From the human T2T-CHM13v2.0 reference genome, Homo sapiens, in assembly GCF_009914755.1 (NCBI RefSeq), contig NC_060926.1: a DNA stretch of 64,000 nt. One strand, 5' to 3'. Of the stretch, positions 44,978 to 63,761 are shown one piece after another. Position 1 is the first letter of the stretch; the number at the start of each line of letters is the position of its first letter. A model generated the notes under the pieces. That model saw nothing but the letters and a program-made list of their open reading frames with translations. It searched no databases and was not told the origin of the DNA. The position numbers and the translations under genes are program-made.

Positions 44978-47655
44978 TTCTATGAAACTAGTATCACCCC
45001 GATACCAAAATCAGGCAAGAACACACAAAAAAATTAATCTCTACAGGCCAATATCGCTGTGAACATAGATGCCAAACTCCTCAACAAAAATACTAGCAAA
45101 CCCAACCGAACAGCACATAAAAAAGATAATTCATCATGATCAAGTGGACTTTATTCCAGGGATGCGAGGATGATTCAACATTCTCAAATCAATAAATGTG
45201 ATTAACCACATCAACAGAATTAAAAACAAAAACCATTTGATCATCTCAACAGATGCAGAAAAAGCATTTGATATAAACCATCATCCCTTTATGATAAAAA
45301 CTCTCAACAAACTAGATACCTCAAAATAATAAATGCCATATATGACAAACCCACAACCAACTGATACTCATACTGAATGAGGAAAAGTAGAAAGCATTCC
45401 CCCTAAGAGCTAGAACAAGACAGGGAAGTCCGCTCTCACCACTGCTATTCAACATAGTACTGGAATTACTAGCTAGAGCTATCAGGCAAGAGAAATAAAT
45501 GAAGGACATTCCAACAAATTATCTCTGTTCATTGATGACATAATCTTATACCTAGAAAATCCTAAAGACTCCTCCAAAAAGACTCATAGACTTGATCAAC
45601 AACTTTAGTAAAGTTTTAGGATACAAAATCAATGTGCAAAAATCAGTATCATTTTTATGCACCAAATATTTTCAAGCTGAGAACTAAAGCAAAAGTTCAA
45701 TCCTATTTATAATAGCCACAGAAAAGAATAGAATACCAGAATATATTTAACTAAACAGGTGAAAGATCTCTACAAGGAAAACTACAAAACACTGATGAAA
45801 GAAATTATACATAACACAAACAGAAGAAAAAAATCCCATGCTCATGGATTGAAAGAATCAATGTCCTTAAAATAACCTACCCAAAGCAATCTGCAGATTC
45901 AACACAATACCTATCAAATTACCAATGTCATTCTTCACAGAATTAGAAAAAAAACTATCCTAAAGTTGACATGGAACCAAAAAAGAGCCCAAATAACCAA
46001 AACAACCCTAAGCAACAAAAACAAAGCCAAATGGCCTTACATTACTTCAAATTATACTATAAGGCTATAGTAACTAAAACAGCTTAGTACTGGTACAAAA
46101 AGACACACATAGATTAATGGAACAGAATAGAGAACCCCAAAATAAAGCCATATACCTACAACCAGCTGATCTTTGACAAAGTCGACAAAAATAAACCACG
46201 GGGAAAGGGCACCCTATTCATTAAATGGTGCTAGGAAAATTATCTAGTCATATGCAGAAGAATGAAACTGGACCCTTATCTCTCACCATAGACAAAAATT
46301 AACTCAAGCTCGATTAAAGACCTAAATGTAAGACCTGAAACTATAAAAGTCCTAGAAGAAAACCTAAGAAATATTCTTTTGGACATTGGGTTAGGCAAAG
46401 AATTTATGACTAAGACCCCAAAAGGAAATGCAATGAAAACAAAAATAGACAAATGGGAATTAAACTAAAAAGCTTCTGCACAGCAAAAGAAATAATCAGC
46501 AGAATAAACTGACAACCTACAGTATTACCTAAGTAATGAGGTACCTTATATTACAGAAGGACATTATTTAACAAATTAAAAGACAGTATAATCACCACAT
46601 GAGAGATCTATTTCTTATCTCCTCTTGCCCTTTCAGTCTCTTGTAGAAACTATTTGCAAATTATGCCTCTGACAAAGTACTAATATCCAGAATCTACAAG
46701 GAACTCAAACAAATCAACAAGAAGAAAACAAAAAAATCCCATAAAAAAGTGGGCACTTCAGGAATTTGAGGCTACAGTGAGCTATGATTGTACCACTGCA
46801 CTCTGCACTCTACACTGGGCGACATAGCAGGGCGATCTCTTGCCAACAAAAAAAAAAAAAAAAAAAAAAAAAGTTGGTAAAGGACATGAACAGACATTTC
46901 TCAAAAAAAGACAAACAAGAAGGCAACAAACACATGAAAAATGCCAGTAAGAATAGCTATTATTAAAAAATTATAAAACAACAGATGGTAGCATGGATGT
47001 GGAGAAAAGGCAGCCCTTATACACCATTAGTGGGAGTGTAAATGAGCACAACGTCTATAGAAAATAGTATAGAGATTTCTCAACCTACCATTCAACCCAG
47101 CCATCCCACTATTAGGCATCTACCCAAAAGGAAAGAAATCATTATACCAAAAAGCCACCTGCCCTTGTATGTTTATGATGGCACATTCACAATTGCAAAG
47201 TCATGGAATCAACCTAAGTGTTCATCAATGGATGAATGGATTTTTTTTTAATGTGGTATATATATACCATGGAATACTATGCAGTCATAAAAAAGAATGA
47301 AATCATGTCCTTTGCAGCAACATGGATGGAGCTGGAGGCCATTATTCTAAGTGAAATAATTCAGAAACAGAAAATCAAATACTGTGTGTTCTCACTTACC
47401 GATGGGAACTACACCAAGGGTACACATGCACATAAAGATGAAAATAATAGACACTGGGGACTCCAAAAAGGGGGAGGTTGAGATGGGGGTAAAGGTTAAA
47501 AAAAATTTACCTATAAGGTACAATGTTCACTATTTGGGTAATGGGTATGCTAGAAGCCCAAACCTTACTGTTTTGTAATATATCCATGTAACAAATCTGC
47601 ACATGTACCCCTGAATCTAAAATAAGTAAATAAACTTTTTAAAAGAGAAAAAACA
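44978..47655 (+). mobile_element. 5'-truncated L1PB-like element (about 2.6 kb) containing a short Alu fragment (about 46757-46872)
   Basis: Decayed ORF2 RT-to-C-terminus sequence; 3' end tagaagcccaaacct...tgaatctaaaataa; possible TSD caattct(a/c)tgat-like. Confidence 0.9.
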
Positions 47656-48314
47656 ACCCAATTCTCTGATATTAGCAAGTCCCAGGGAAGTATAATCAAG
47701 AAGATCTTCTGTAAAAATTATGGCCATTAAGCTCCACTGGGTTTCCCTATAATTGCTTGCATGTATGTATACATAGCAATAATAATATGTAAGTAGTATA
47801 TAATTTTTTATGGTATGTTACAGTATATATATATATATACTTCCCTCTGATGGACCCTAGATTCCTCAATATTTGATATTTCTTTCAGGAAGGGGAAATA
47901 AAAGCAAATGAGTGTTGAAATGGTATGTTTTTCCACTTATATGGGAAAACGTTGAGTCCTTTACAGTCTCATTTATATTGTCCTGGTATTTAAGTGGCTG
48001 AGGCTTTCTACTATTCTAAATACTATATTCTCTTTTCCTATGGCAGATAAAGAAGGAGGTAAGGAAAAATAAAATAGTAAAAATTGATATTCTGTTTTCT
48101 GATATTCACCTACGAGGTTCAGAAACCCTCCTTTGAAACTCTTGCCTCAAACTCCTAAATTAAAAAGGAAAAATGACCCATCCCACAATACTAGTGGTAA
48201 AATTAATTTAAATTTGTATAATTTCTGCCTACATTTAGGAGCAAAAACTCAGAGCACAAAGACAGTGGAAGGCAAGACAGCAATGTTTGATATGTGTTAC
48301 TAAGATTCAAAGTT

Positions 48315-48652
<338 letters not shown>

Positions 48653-48975
48653 TTATGATAAATGGTAATATCAAAGCTTTTTTCCCCCAGTTTTGAAAAC
48701 AAATTAGACAGCTGCTGCTGTACACTGTCTCCTAGACTCTGGAGTCAAAACCTCTGTACTCATCCGTAGATAAGACTGTCTAAACAAAGAGAACGGGAGA
48801 CCAGAGATGCAGTGAAGTAAGTGGTAACAGGGAATTAGCTTCCTTTTCCTCATCTTGGTATCAAGCAGTGGGTCTCCAACTTTCATTTAACTCCTTGATC
48901 CTCACAGAAGTAACTAATAACTGCATTTGTTGCTATTTCCAAGATAAAATTTAACCGCATATGTCAAGTAATATA

Positions 48976-49229
48976 TGGTTGACCCTTGAACAACATGGAT
49001 TTGAACTGCGTGGGTCCACTTACAAGTGGAGTTTTTGCAACCAAACACAGATCAAAAATACAATATTTGAGGGATGTGAAACCCGCCTATAAAGAGGGCT
49101 GAATTTTTGTACACACGGGTTCTGCTGAGTCAGCTGCTGGGCTTTAGGATGCTCGGATTTTGGTATCCACAGTGGGAGGAGTGTTGGAGATCCCGGAACC
49201 AAGCATCCCGTGGATATCAAGGGACGACT
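48976..49229. mobile_element. MER8/Tigger2-type element
   Basis: TIR-like ends ggttgacccttga / tcaagggacgact with TA flanks. Confidence 0.75.
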
Positions 49230-51014
49230 ATATTTAACCTTTCTTCATAACCTTGTGGAAAGAGTAAAAGAAGGAAAAAATGTGTATGAGGGAGTAGGGG
49301 GGTAGGGGGAATGTTAGGAAGAAAGAAACTATGTGAACTAAGTTCAAAAATAACCGTGTGTGTTCTTTCTGATTTTCCAGTGTTTTCTTTCCATTTATAA
49401 CAGTTCATTTGTGGAAACTCTAGATTAATCACAATAAGCAAACATTTCACTGTTGGCACATTCTATTACAAGACTTGTGAAAAGCATTTAGGATCAAATA
49501 CTCAATACGTATGAAGGGATTTGAAAGTTAAAATTGTTTTTAAGTTGTGAGGTGTTAGGAGTAACAGTACACTCCCATTTTCCCAAATATATTTAAAATG
49601 TCTCTACAGTGTTAACTAAATGACACACCTTATATCACAGAAGGAAATTACTTAACAAATTCATAAGACAGTATAATCAGCATATGAGAAATCTACCTCT
49701 TCTTGTCTCCTCTTGCCTTTCCAGTCTCTTGTTGGCTTAAGTTTTTACCAGAATGATTTGGTAATATCAGGTGTGGAAGAGATAGAATGGGTGCGGTTTA
49801 GGAAAATAATTTGATTCTGTGTATTGGACATTTTAAAGAAGGCTCTTAAGGCTCAATTTTTAATGCTTAAGAAATTAAATGACTTTTAAATGCACTATTC
49901 CCTATGAAATTAAATACATACTCATACTTGCCACAAAATATCAAAAGATAGACTGCCAAAATATTCCAAAAATAAAGGTAGGCAAACTTGTTCGAAAGCA
50001 AAATACACAAAATGGGGTAAGCAATCAGGATGTAAATATTCAACATAGCAAAGTATGCAATAAAATCATTTTACAAACTAAAATGTATCAGGGAGGATCC
50101 AAGAATAAGTTGATTTTAGAGTGGTCTGTGGAAAACTAAAATAAACAAGAAAATATCTAGGGAAGTTTAAGAATGGGAGGAAATGAGTCATTGATAACAT
50201 GCTTGCTCCAGAGGATAACCTTTGTACCAAACGGCAGAGAACTGACATCTAATCAGCAGAGGTTGGCCTTGGCAGTTTATGAAGGAACGTCCAGAGGGAG
50301 CACAGGAAAGGCAGTCCAATGATCCTTCCCTGAATTTTTTACTCTTCGATGTCAGGCTTTAATTCCCTTGAGATAGGGGAATTCAAATCCTAAGGATTCG
50401 TAAACTCCAAGGCTTTGGCATTTACTATATTTAACATCTGCGAATTTAGTAAACAACACTTCTGTGGAAAGGTAAGGGAAAAAAAAGATAATTTCCATTT
50501 TATGAAGTTTAACGTATATGCAGTTTGTGTGTGTATGCATATGTGTGTGTGGATAGAGTGTGGTAAAATAAAGATTAAAAACTCAAGGCCCAATGAAAGC
50601 TTTTAGAGAGATGCCTATATTCCCATGCCTTCATGACTGTAAATATATCCGCTATGACATACACTAGAAATTTATCCTTTGCTTTTCATATCTTATCTAC
50701 TTGTATCACTCAGGACCACATTCTACTCCCACTAGTTTACATAGGTTAGTAACCTTGCACCGTACCTTAAAAACACTCAGAGTTTTAAATGTTCTATCAC
50801 AAATGTTAAGGATTCCTTCCCTGAATCATAAATGTGCTTTGCTTTCATTATACAATCTTTTCTAAGGCAGGTATTAATGATTTATATTAGTTAATGATTT
50901 AAAAGGAACACAAAAATAAGATTGTGCAACATGGAGTTAGGAATCTCTTACAACTTTATCAGTTCAAGTCTGGTCCTTGTTGTGAGTCAACCACATTTTT
51001 AAACTACCTAATAG

Positions 51015-51441
<427 letters not shown>

Positions 51442-51888
51442 TGATTTCAAGTTATGAGGTGGAGCAATGGCAAGCCCCACAGTGCTGATCCGTGTGACAA
51501 TTGGTAACTTCAATTCTAGTTTGATGTGATTGACATGACTGAGGAAAGGATATGACTGAGTCCAGAAGGGTTGAGAGTTGCCTACTGACATTGCTACCAT
51601 TCACCTTCCTTATTCTAGAGGTCTTGGCTAATGTGTCATTAAAAAACGTATTTCAAAGGAATACTTCATGACAATGAAGTGCTCATATGTGGTGATTAGA
51701 CAACAGCTTACAAAACAATATGTTTAGTAATATTTGCAAAAACAATACATACGTACACACAGAGAGATGACTGGAAAGTTATACCCTGAAATGTTACAAC
51801 TGTAGTACATAGAGTAGGTTTTATTTCCTTCTTTATACTTTTTCACATTTTTCAGTTTCCACAAATTTTTCTTCATAATGTGTTACTC

Positions 51889-52329
51889 TTTTATTTATTT
51901 ATTTATTTTTACTTTAAGTTCCGGGATACATGTGCAGAATGCGCAGGTTTGCTAAATAGGTATATGTGTGCCATAGTGGTTTGCTGCACCTATCAACCCG
52001 TCATCTGGGTTTTAAGCCCCACATGCATTAACTGTTTGTTCTGATGCTCTCCCTCCTCTCAACCCCTCTCCCACAGGTCCTGGTGTATGTTGTTCCCCTC
52101 TCTGTGTCCATGTGTTCTCATTGTTCAACTCCCACTTATGAGTGAGAACATAAGGTGTTTGGTTTCCTGTGTTAGTTTTCTGAGGATGATGGCTTCCAGC
52201 TTCATGATCTCATTCTTTTTTATGGCTGCATAGTATTCCATGGTGCATATGTACTACATTTTCTGTATCCAGTCTATCATTGATGAAAACTTGGGTTGGT
52301 TCCATGTCTTTGCTATTGTGAATAGTGCA
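51889..52329 (-). mobile_element. Short L1PA 3' fragment
   Basis: tactttaagttccgggatacatgtgcagaa...; TSD-like aatg..ttact. Confidence 0.88.
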
Positions 52330-53780
52330 ATGCATTACTTTTATAAACACAAACAAGTCACTTGAAAAGAGTAAATAAATTTCATCTCGAGGTATAAATA
52401 TTAAAAATATTTCGAAAAAGTGAATTTGAGCAGGAAATTACCCTATTGTTATTAAAATGCTATGCCATTGACACAGTAATCCAAAGAAGGATGAATGAAA
52501 CTAAATAGAGGATCCAGAAATACGGCCTAGTGCATAAAAGAAGTTAATTTATGATACATCAATCATCACAGAATTGTGGGAAAAAATGTTTGCTCAATAA
52601 AACTTAAATAGTAAATAGTAAAAAAAAATTTGAGGAAATATAAATGAATATTGATCTGATCTTTGATTTAAAAGGATCTTAGGCATATAAACAAGAAAAA
52701 AATCCAGAGATTTGACTAAATAAAAACTTTTTAAATTTTGTAAATAATAAAAACACGTAAAACTAGGAGGCAAACTAAGAAAAAGTATTTGCCACAAATG
52801 TGATAAAAGGTTGTGACAAATGATTAATTCAATTGTTAATTGGATTAAACAAGATAAATAATAAGACTACAATATTGCTACTCTGTGGACATCATGAAAG
52901 CACAGACATAATGTGTTGTTCATTAAACCATTAGCATAATGATCAGAACATCATACAAGGAATTCTTATGTATTGATGAATTGAGAAATGGTCAAACATG
53001 AAAGTATGACTAAAAAAATGTAGAAGGTGTTGGAGGAGAAGGGAAAGTATCAATGGCCAAGAGACGTGGGAAAATATTTTATCAGTAATGAAAATGCAAT
53101 TAAAAGTATGATGAGAAGTCAGGAGAGGTTTTTTGGCATTCCGCATGTGGTAACAGATGCAGTCATGAGATGGGTCACATCATTCACAGTGAGGAGTGTC
53201 TTGAATAGGTAAAATCATATTGTCAACCGAAATTCTAGGAATCTAACCTAAAGAGATACAACAGACACTTGATACTTAGGAAGGGTATATCTTCCAGACT
53301 CTAGGATTTTCCAAATCTGTGTTTTCACACTGTGTTCCAAGGAGCCCTGGGGTTCTGCAGAGGCATCCCAAAGTCGGCTTCAAAGATAGGAAGAAGGTTT
53401 CCCCAATGCTGCCTCAACCAGAGCAATTTGACATTTATCTAATTTGTATGTTAGATTACATGTAAGAACTTTTTCTTAAAGGTTCCACTGAAAACATCAA
53501 AATGTGGACACCACTGTACTGTATATATAATTTCTTCAATAAAATGCAATGGAGCATTACTTCTCAAAAACTACCGGAGAAGTGGAGAATAGTCAGAGTG
53601 TTATATTCCCAAACACTAGCCTCACAGCATAAACTTAAATCCCTGTTTCAGGAAATGTGTAAATCACTCTATAATTACCTTGCAAATAGTTCAAAGCTCG
53701 GATATAAAATCTGCAAATATCCAGGCCCTGTTGCAGTAAGGATAAAAGATTTGTGTTCTATGATGATCAACTGTTTCCTT

Positions 53781-54275
53781 TAGTATATTTAGTCTGTCAT
53801 AACAGGAATCAATTTCCACTCAGATGTTTCAGCTGAAGAGACTTTATTGCGGGAACTATTTATAGAAGTTAGGGTTAGGGTTGGATGAAAGGAAACAAGA
53901 AACATGGAGGTACCTAGGAGTTAGCACAGCTAGGCCTGAAGAAATAAGGGGAGGGAATCACGTTAGTAGAGCCCAGTGAAGGCTGGCACAGTGGAGCAGG
54001 GCTGCCTTGCAGGAGGAGCCTTCAAGGGACAAAGCCACCATCAGAACCCAGCCAGAAGCAGGAAAAGAGGTGGTGAAACATATCCTAACCTTTTTTCCTT
54101 TTCCATCCTCCAATCTACTGATGGTGTTACCCATTGGTCAAAACCAACTGGCATGAGACCCCAGCTGGAATAGTTTATGAAAAATTCCACCTTCTGAGGC
54201 ACAGAGTCTAGCAGAGAAGAGCAGAAGATGGCACTAAAACACAACAAGTGGAGAATAACCAGCATATTTATAACA
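53781..54275. mobile_element. Probable ancient MaLR (MLT1-like) LTR containing the candidate exon
   Basis: Loose similarity (ccactcagat...gaagagactttatt...gaactatttatagaag); subfamily uncertain. Confidence 0.4.
54090..54233 (-). CDS. HIBCH: Candidate alternative HIBCH exon (144 nt, phase 2-2), (S)AIFCSSLLDSVPQKVEFFINYSSWGLMPVGFDQWVTPSVDWRMEKEK(R)
   Basis: Acceptor ttctccacttgttgtgttttag|T and donor AAAAG|gttagg; no stop; phase matches HIBCH exon 2. Confidence 0.55.
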
Positions 54276-54282
54276 GAGAAAT

Positions 54283-55335
<1,053 letters not shown>

Positions 55336-55935
55336 TACTGGGAACTCAGATGTTCGATAATAGAGGAAACCTTAACTAAATAATGATATCAACCATTCTG
55401 CTATTAAATAAAAGTGCTCAGAAGAGCATTATGTAATCAGGGAGTACAGAAGAGAGAGCAACCAACTCCTTACAGAGATTGTAATAAAAGATTTTCCCAA
55501 ATTAACAAATGAGGTGCTTTGTTGTCCCCCAAGCAAAGTTTCGTATATTTTTTAATTATATAAACAATACATTTCATTATGGGAAACATATACATAAAAC
55601 AAAAAGCAAATATCTACAATTCCATCCCCTGCCCTAGACCACTATAAATATCTGTTTATATCTTTCCAGATTTTTTTCTATGCATTTATACACACATGAT
55701 TATGTTGTTTTCGGGATCACACCATATTATTTTGTAAACTGTATTTTCCACTTAATAAATCATAAATACTATTTTATCCAATAGATACCATTCTGCAACA
55801 TTTTAAAATTTTAACACTTTTTAAAACTTGCCTCCGTGTATCTAGTTGTAACTAATTTTTATTCTCGGACATTTAGTTTGGTTTCTCTTTTGGCCATTAC
55901 CAAATGTACTGTGATGAGACTTTACATTTTGGGGG

Positions 55936-56337
55936 TGATACAGTTTGGATGTCCCATTCAAATTTCATGTTGAGATATAATCTCCAGTGTTGGAGGTGGA
56001 GCCTGGTGGGAGGTGTTTGGATCATAGGGGCGGATCCCTCATGAATAGCTTGGGCCATCTCCTTGGTGATAAGTGTGCTCTCACTCTGAGCTCACAGGGA
56101 TCTCATTGTTTATGTGGCTCCTCCCCCCCAACTCCTTCTTGCTCCCGTTCTCACCATGTGAGACATCTGCTCCCCATCACCTTCCAGCATGATTGGAAGC
56201 TTCCTGAGGCCCCCCCAGAAGCAGATGGCATTATGCTTCCTGTACAGCCTGCAGAACCATGAGCCAGTTAAACCTCTTTTCATATAAATTAACCAGCCTC
56301 AGGTATTTCTTTATAGTAATGCAAGAATGGCCTAACA
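55936..56337 (+). mobile_element. MSTA/MSTB MaLR solo LTR
   Basis: tgatacagtttggatgt...cctgtacagcctgcagaaccatgagcc...ggcctaaca. Confidence 0.85.
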
Positions 56338-57577
56338 AGGGTCGGGGGAGGGGGGGCAGTTTTTTTTTTTTTTAAACACACACACAAAAGAAAAGCCACA
56401 GAGACATATGTGGCCTTCAAAGCCCAAAGTATTTGCCATCTGACCTTTTATAGAAAATGTTTGTATTATAAATTTCCAGGAATGTAATTTTTAAGTCAAA
56501 GTGTGTGAACATTTTTGACGCTTTCACTACATTCTGTCAAATTGCTCTCCAGAATCGTTGAGCCAATTTACACCCTTCTCAGTAATGTATGAGTTTCTTT
56601 AGTTGCTATACATCCTACTCCAAGGGTCACTGGCCCAAATTACTAGCTCTGAGTATTATTTTATTCTCAATTTGATGGTGCATTATCGTTTTAAGTTTTT
56701 ACTTCTCTTAAAAATGTTTGGCCATTTACATTTTTCTCTCATGATGACGAATTTGCATTTTGCTCATTTTTAGTAGGCTATTTTTTCTTTCTAAGTTCTC
56801 TTTAATGTTATGTTTATCTGTCATGTATATTGCAAATTTTTTGTAATTTTTACTTGTTTTTAAATTTTATTCTATGGGGTTTTTTTTTGGATAAAAGAAG
56901 TTAAAAGTTCAACAGTCAGATCTGTCACTTTTCCTTTGTAATTTCAGCCGTTGTTTCATGCTTAGTTTGAGATTAAAAGCAATTCACTTGTATTTTCTCC
57001 TTGCCCTTTTAAGACTTAAAAACATTTAAATCTTTTAATCCTGTTCAAATTTAGTGTCTGGGAAACATTTTAGAAGGATGAATAGGTAATATTATGTTAG
57101 TCCTGGAGTCAGATTGCTGGGTTCAAATTTAGCCTCACCAAATACTACATATTTCTGCAAATCACTTAAACTCTTTAAGTCTTAGTTTTCTTGTTTATAA
57201 AATGGAGATAACAGTAACATTTACCATAGGGTTGATGTAAGAATTAACAGTTATAAATCACAGAAAGTACTTAGCACAGTGTCATTAGCTATTATTATAG
57301 CAGCAAGAGAATACTCTCCCAGGCAAAAGCAATAACATGTATAAAGGTGCAAATGTATGAAATCTGTTTGCATATTCAGGGAACTAGATGTGGTGTAGTA
57401 AAATGAGGTGTAATATTCAAGGGGCAGAGTTGACAGATGCGAGGGGTGATGGGTCTTGAATGAGTTGCTCAGGAACTTGCTCTTGATATTATCAGAGATT
57501 GGGAGCCAATGAAAGCTTTTAAGCAAGCAAGAAACCCTGCAGATGTGTGGTAGCAAAGTGGAAAATGGACTAGATTC

Positions 57578-57939
<362 letters not shown>

Positions 57940-58931
57940 TTAAATTCCTGCTTCCTAGAGGCAAATTCTTTCACCTTCTATGTCTCTGGTATTTATCTCC
58001 TTACTTTTAAGAATCATGTTTAAATTGTTTCTTGATTTTGCCATCATAGATATGATTATGAGGCTAATTAAACAGTAATCCTAACCGCTCTGAGAATGGA
58101 CCTAAGAAATGAATGTGAGAAAGAAAGTAGAAGCAGCCCACTTGCTAGTGAGTGAAAGCCAGGGAAGGGTGGGGGGATGCGGGGAGAAATTGTCTCAAGT
58201 TGGAGAACCCAGGTGCAGGCTGGGAGCAGTACCATGAATTCCATTCAAGAAGCCAAACGTTTTAAGCACCATTTCCTGGAGTTTGCCAAGTTGAGTATTG
58301 ACCCAGCCTCCTGTCTTGTTGGTTCCTCACTGCTGAAGAAGACCAAGTGTTGACAACTCAGTGAGGCAGTCTCAGCTGGAGTGGAAAAATGTAGCTAAGA
58401 AAACGTGCCAGACAAAGCTTTAAGCAGAGCTTCCCAACTGGATGCCGTGAAACGAATGACAGGGATGCAGATACAGCATGGGTCTTCCCAGCCCTCCAAG
58501 TGCAAGGGCTTCTGCAGGAAGCCTTCTGCAGGAGCAGCCTCTTCTGTTTACCCCCATTTTGACCCTTGTAATATCATCCTTTCCTACCTGTGCCAAGAAG
58601 TGAAAAGGTGTGTGAAGCGCCGCTTTAGAAGGCCCAGTACATTCACAAACATCAGCTTCTGGGCGAGGCTGCTTGGCCTCTTCTATTCAAAACTTTGTGT
58701 TGCCCTTTTAAGGTTTCTATTCCCCCCACCCCCACCCCGCCCACCAACACCCATTCCTACCTAGGTTCAACCCAAACCATCCTTAAGGTACACTGAGTAT
58801 CACAGCACCAAAGGCTGGAGAGAGATAAGTTCCCCACCCTTGATGCGCTTCCTGTCCAGGTGGCCCGAGGCCCACTCCTTAAGAGGCAAGGCCCAGAGAC
58901 ACTGCTGTGTCTTGAGGAACATCCAGTACAC

Positions 58932-58984
58932 CTGACATTTCCATTAGAACAGTGGGACCCGGATACCACTGGCAGGAAGTCCAT
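58932..58984 (-). CDS. HIBCH: Candidate alternative HIBCH first coding exon, MDFLPVVSGSHCSNGNV
   Basis: ATG in strong Kozak context (AAG ATG G); 17 codons plus AG, then gtgtac donor, phase 2. Confidence 0.5.
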
Positions 58985-59059
58985 CTTCACAGCTGCCAAC
59001 CCATCTGTCAAACCCGCAGTCCCCTATGAGAGTACAGATGAATGGAGGAGGAAGATTTA

Positions 59060-59860
59060 AAAGTGAATTCGTGGGCGGCGACAAGGAAACAGCAGCCGTG
59101 GCCAAGCTGACCCCAGAGCCCTTCCCTTCCTGGCCCTCCCTCTGAATCATCGCGCTCCACTTGTGACGTCGCGGACGCCCGGCTCGGGCAAGCGTGGGGG
59201 GCCCGCGCGTCCCGGGAGCCCCGAGGCGGCAGCGCGCGTTTCCACGCCGCGGTCCCGCGGGAAAGCCGGGGGCGGCGGCCTGGCTGAGGCCAAGCTCGGA
59301 TCCGGTGCCGAGCCAAGCGGGGCCGTGCGTCGCCGGGGCTTCGCCTTCGCTCGCGTGACCTCCGCCGTCCTCCCCAACCCTCGTCCTCTGGCCGCGCCTG
59401 CGGCCGCACGCCCAGCGCCCCTCGCCTAACCTCGCGCCCGGGCCGCGCCTCCTCCTCCTCCTGCTCCCCGCCGCTTCCGTTTCTCGAGGGAAAGGCTGCT
59501 GCCTCCTGCTCTGTCCTCATCCCCGGCTTAGGTAACACGTTTTCCTCCTTACGACACCCACCACAGGGTCCCCGCGCCGCTGCCCCTCCTCCTTGGATCT
59601 GGGGCCCGGGCTGGTGAGCGGCGCGCGCCGTCGCCTCTCCGCGGGTAGGTGAGTCGATGGCGCCGGGAGGGTTCCTCGCCTCTGCGCGCCGGCCTGCGAG
59701 GTCCCTTCCCCGGCAGCGAGGCCGCCCCCGGCCGGGCCCGGCCAGGCATGCCCGGCATCGCCGCTGCAGCCAGCGCGGAGGGGAGCTCGTGAGTCCCGCG
59801 GCGCCCTTGGCCCTGCCCGAGCGGCCCGATGGGGTTGGGGGGCGGGAAGAAAGGGTGGCA
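59060..59860 (+). promoter_or_regulatory. INPP1: CpG-island promoter, probably INPP1 and probably bidirectional
   Basis: Very CpG-dense; CRE-like TGACGTCG near 59164 and ETS CTTCCG near 59474. Gene name comes from known HIBCH-INPP1 head-to-head order; no INPP1 CDS lies in the window. Confidence 0.75.
59160..59531 (+). other. INPP1: Probable first non-coding exon of INPP1 (start approximate)
   Basis: Donor TTAG|gtaaca at 59531/59532 inside the island; further donor-like sites CTG|gtgagc (about 59613) and TAG|gtgagt (about 59648). Confidence 0.55.
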
Positions 59861-61268
59861 AACAACGATTTTAAAAATCCAGTCATTAGTATTTGTAGGA
59901 CGAAGAAGCTGATCTGACAGTTGTCCAGAGCAGTGGCCCAGCTGCAACAGGTAGATGGCGCAGCTGTCAGTGACCCCTTGGTCTCAGCCTTGGCTTTGAG
60001 AGATGCATCTGAGTGTCCCTAGCTGCCAGCTACCTCCAGTGACCTACTTGATGAGTGTGAAATAAATATGATGGGACTATATTTAGAAAAATCTTTACTT
60101 CCTTGCTGTTAATTCTCTCTGCATTTTGAAAGGTGGTTTTGTGAGGTGTGCATAATTAGTTGGTGTGTCCAGAGTGGTAGCTGGAAAAAAATATTTAACC
60201 TGGGTTTGGCCCTATCATGTAGACGGTTAGGCGCAAAGAGTGTGAAAGGAAACGCTTACTTTAGTACATCTGTGAAAAACACTTATAAGAAACCACGGCT
60301 TGTTTTTTGGAGATTTCTCATTTTAAAGGTATTTTTAAAGTGTTGAATAAGCAGAAGTTTGCCCACTGTATGATGGTGTTCACTTCAAAAGAACAGTGGG
60401 TTAAAAGTATGGACAGACCACTTAAGTGGATCCCATCTGTTGAGTAAAAGATTTTTTAGCCCTTTTACACTGATTCCTAGCTTTGAAGCCAGAAAAGTTG
60501 ATAAGGATCAGCCCTGCTCAACTTGATAATAGTATAAGGATGAAAGTAATCCACTGAACTATTCTTGATTGGTGAATTAGCTAAGTGATCTCATTCTTAC
60601 CTTTTAAAATAGAGAACATAAGGGAAAAAATAAAGGCAATGGAAGAATTCATTTTTTCAATACAGATATTTGTTTCCATTCTTATGTAGAGCCTACTTTA
60701 TTTTTAAGTTTTTATGGATTTTTATACTACTTTTGAAGTCAGCTTAGTCATGAAGAGAATTATGTCAAATACATAGAGTTACACTGTACTTTTTGTGTAG
60801 AATAAGCTACCACTTTTCAAGCTTTTGGACTAAACCACCGCTTGCTTGGAAATTGCAGCTTTGACTAATGCCCTTTAAAATGATATACCTTATTATAGAT
60901 TTAAATTATAGCTTTCCTTGTTATAGTCCTGAAAAAAATGAAAAGATAATTTCTTGTTTGACATAGAAGGCCTGTGAGACAAAAGTTATAAAGGTTATTA
61001 TATATTTATTTTGCTTTTTAATTCTGTCTCTAATAACAGTTAGAAAATGTCTCATTCTATTTCATGTTATACAGAAATTGCTTAAAAGATAATTATGTTA
61101 TATAAAGTGATCAATGAAAACAAACGTCATCTTCATTTTTTAAAGGTGAGGATGGTGTATATAAGCACTTTTTCCCGATGTGAGTCCTTATGAATGTTCT
61201 TGTTAAAATACTTTGAATCTTGTAATGAAGTTAATAAAACTATGTTAATGTGTTTGGCTGAGAGCTTA

Positions 61269-63761
<2,493 letters not shown>

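Noticed and set aside
44978-47655. L1 as a potentially active element
   Set aside because: 5'-truncated, with many stops, deletions and secondary insertions
53869-53882. (TTAGGG)2 telomere-like sequence
   Set aside because: Only two units; compatible with chance
59008-59947. Long overlapping ORFs (up to 292 aa) in the second CpG island
   Set aside because: R/G/A/P-rich low-complexity products expected from stop-poor GC-rich DNA; no recognisable domain
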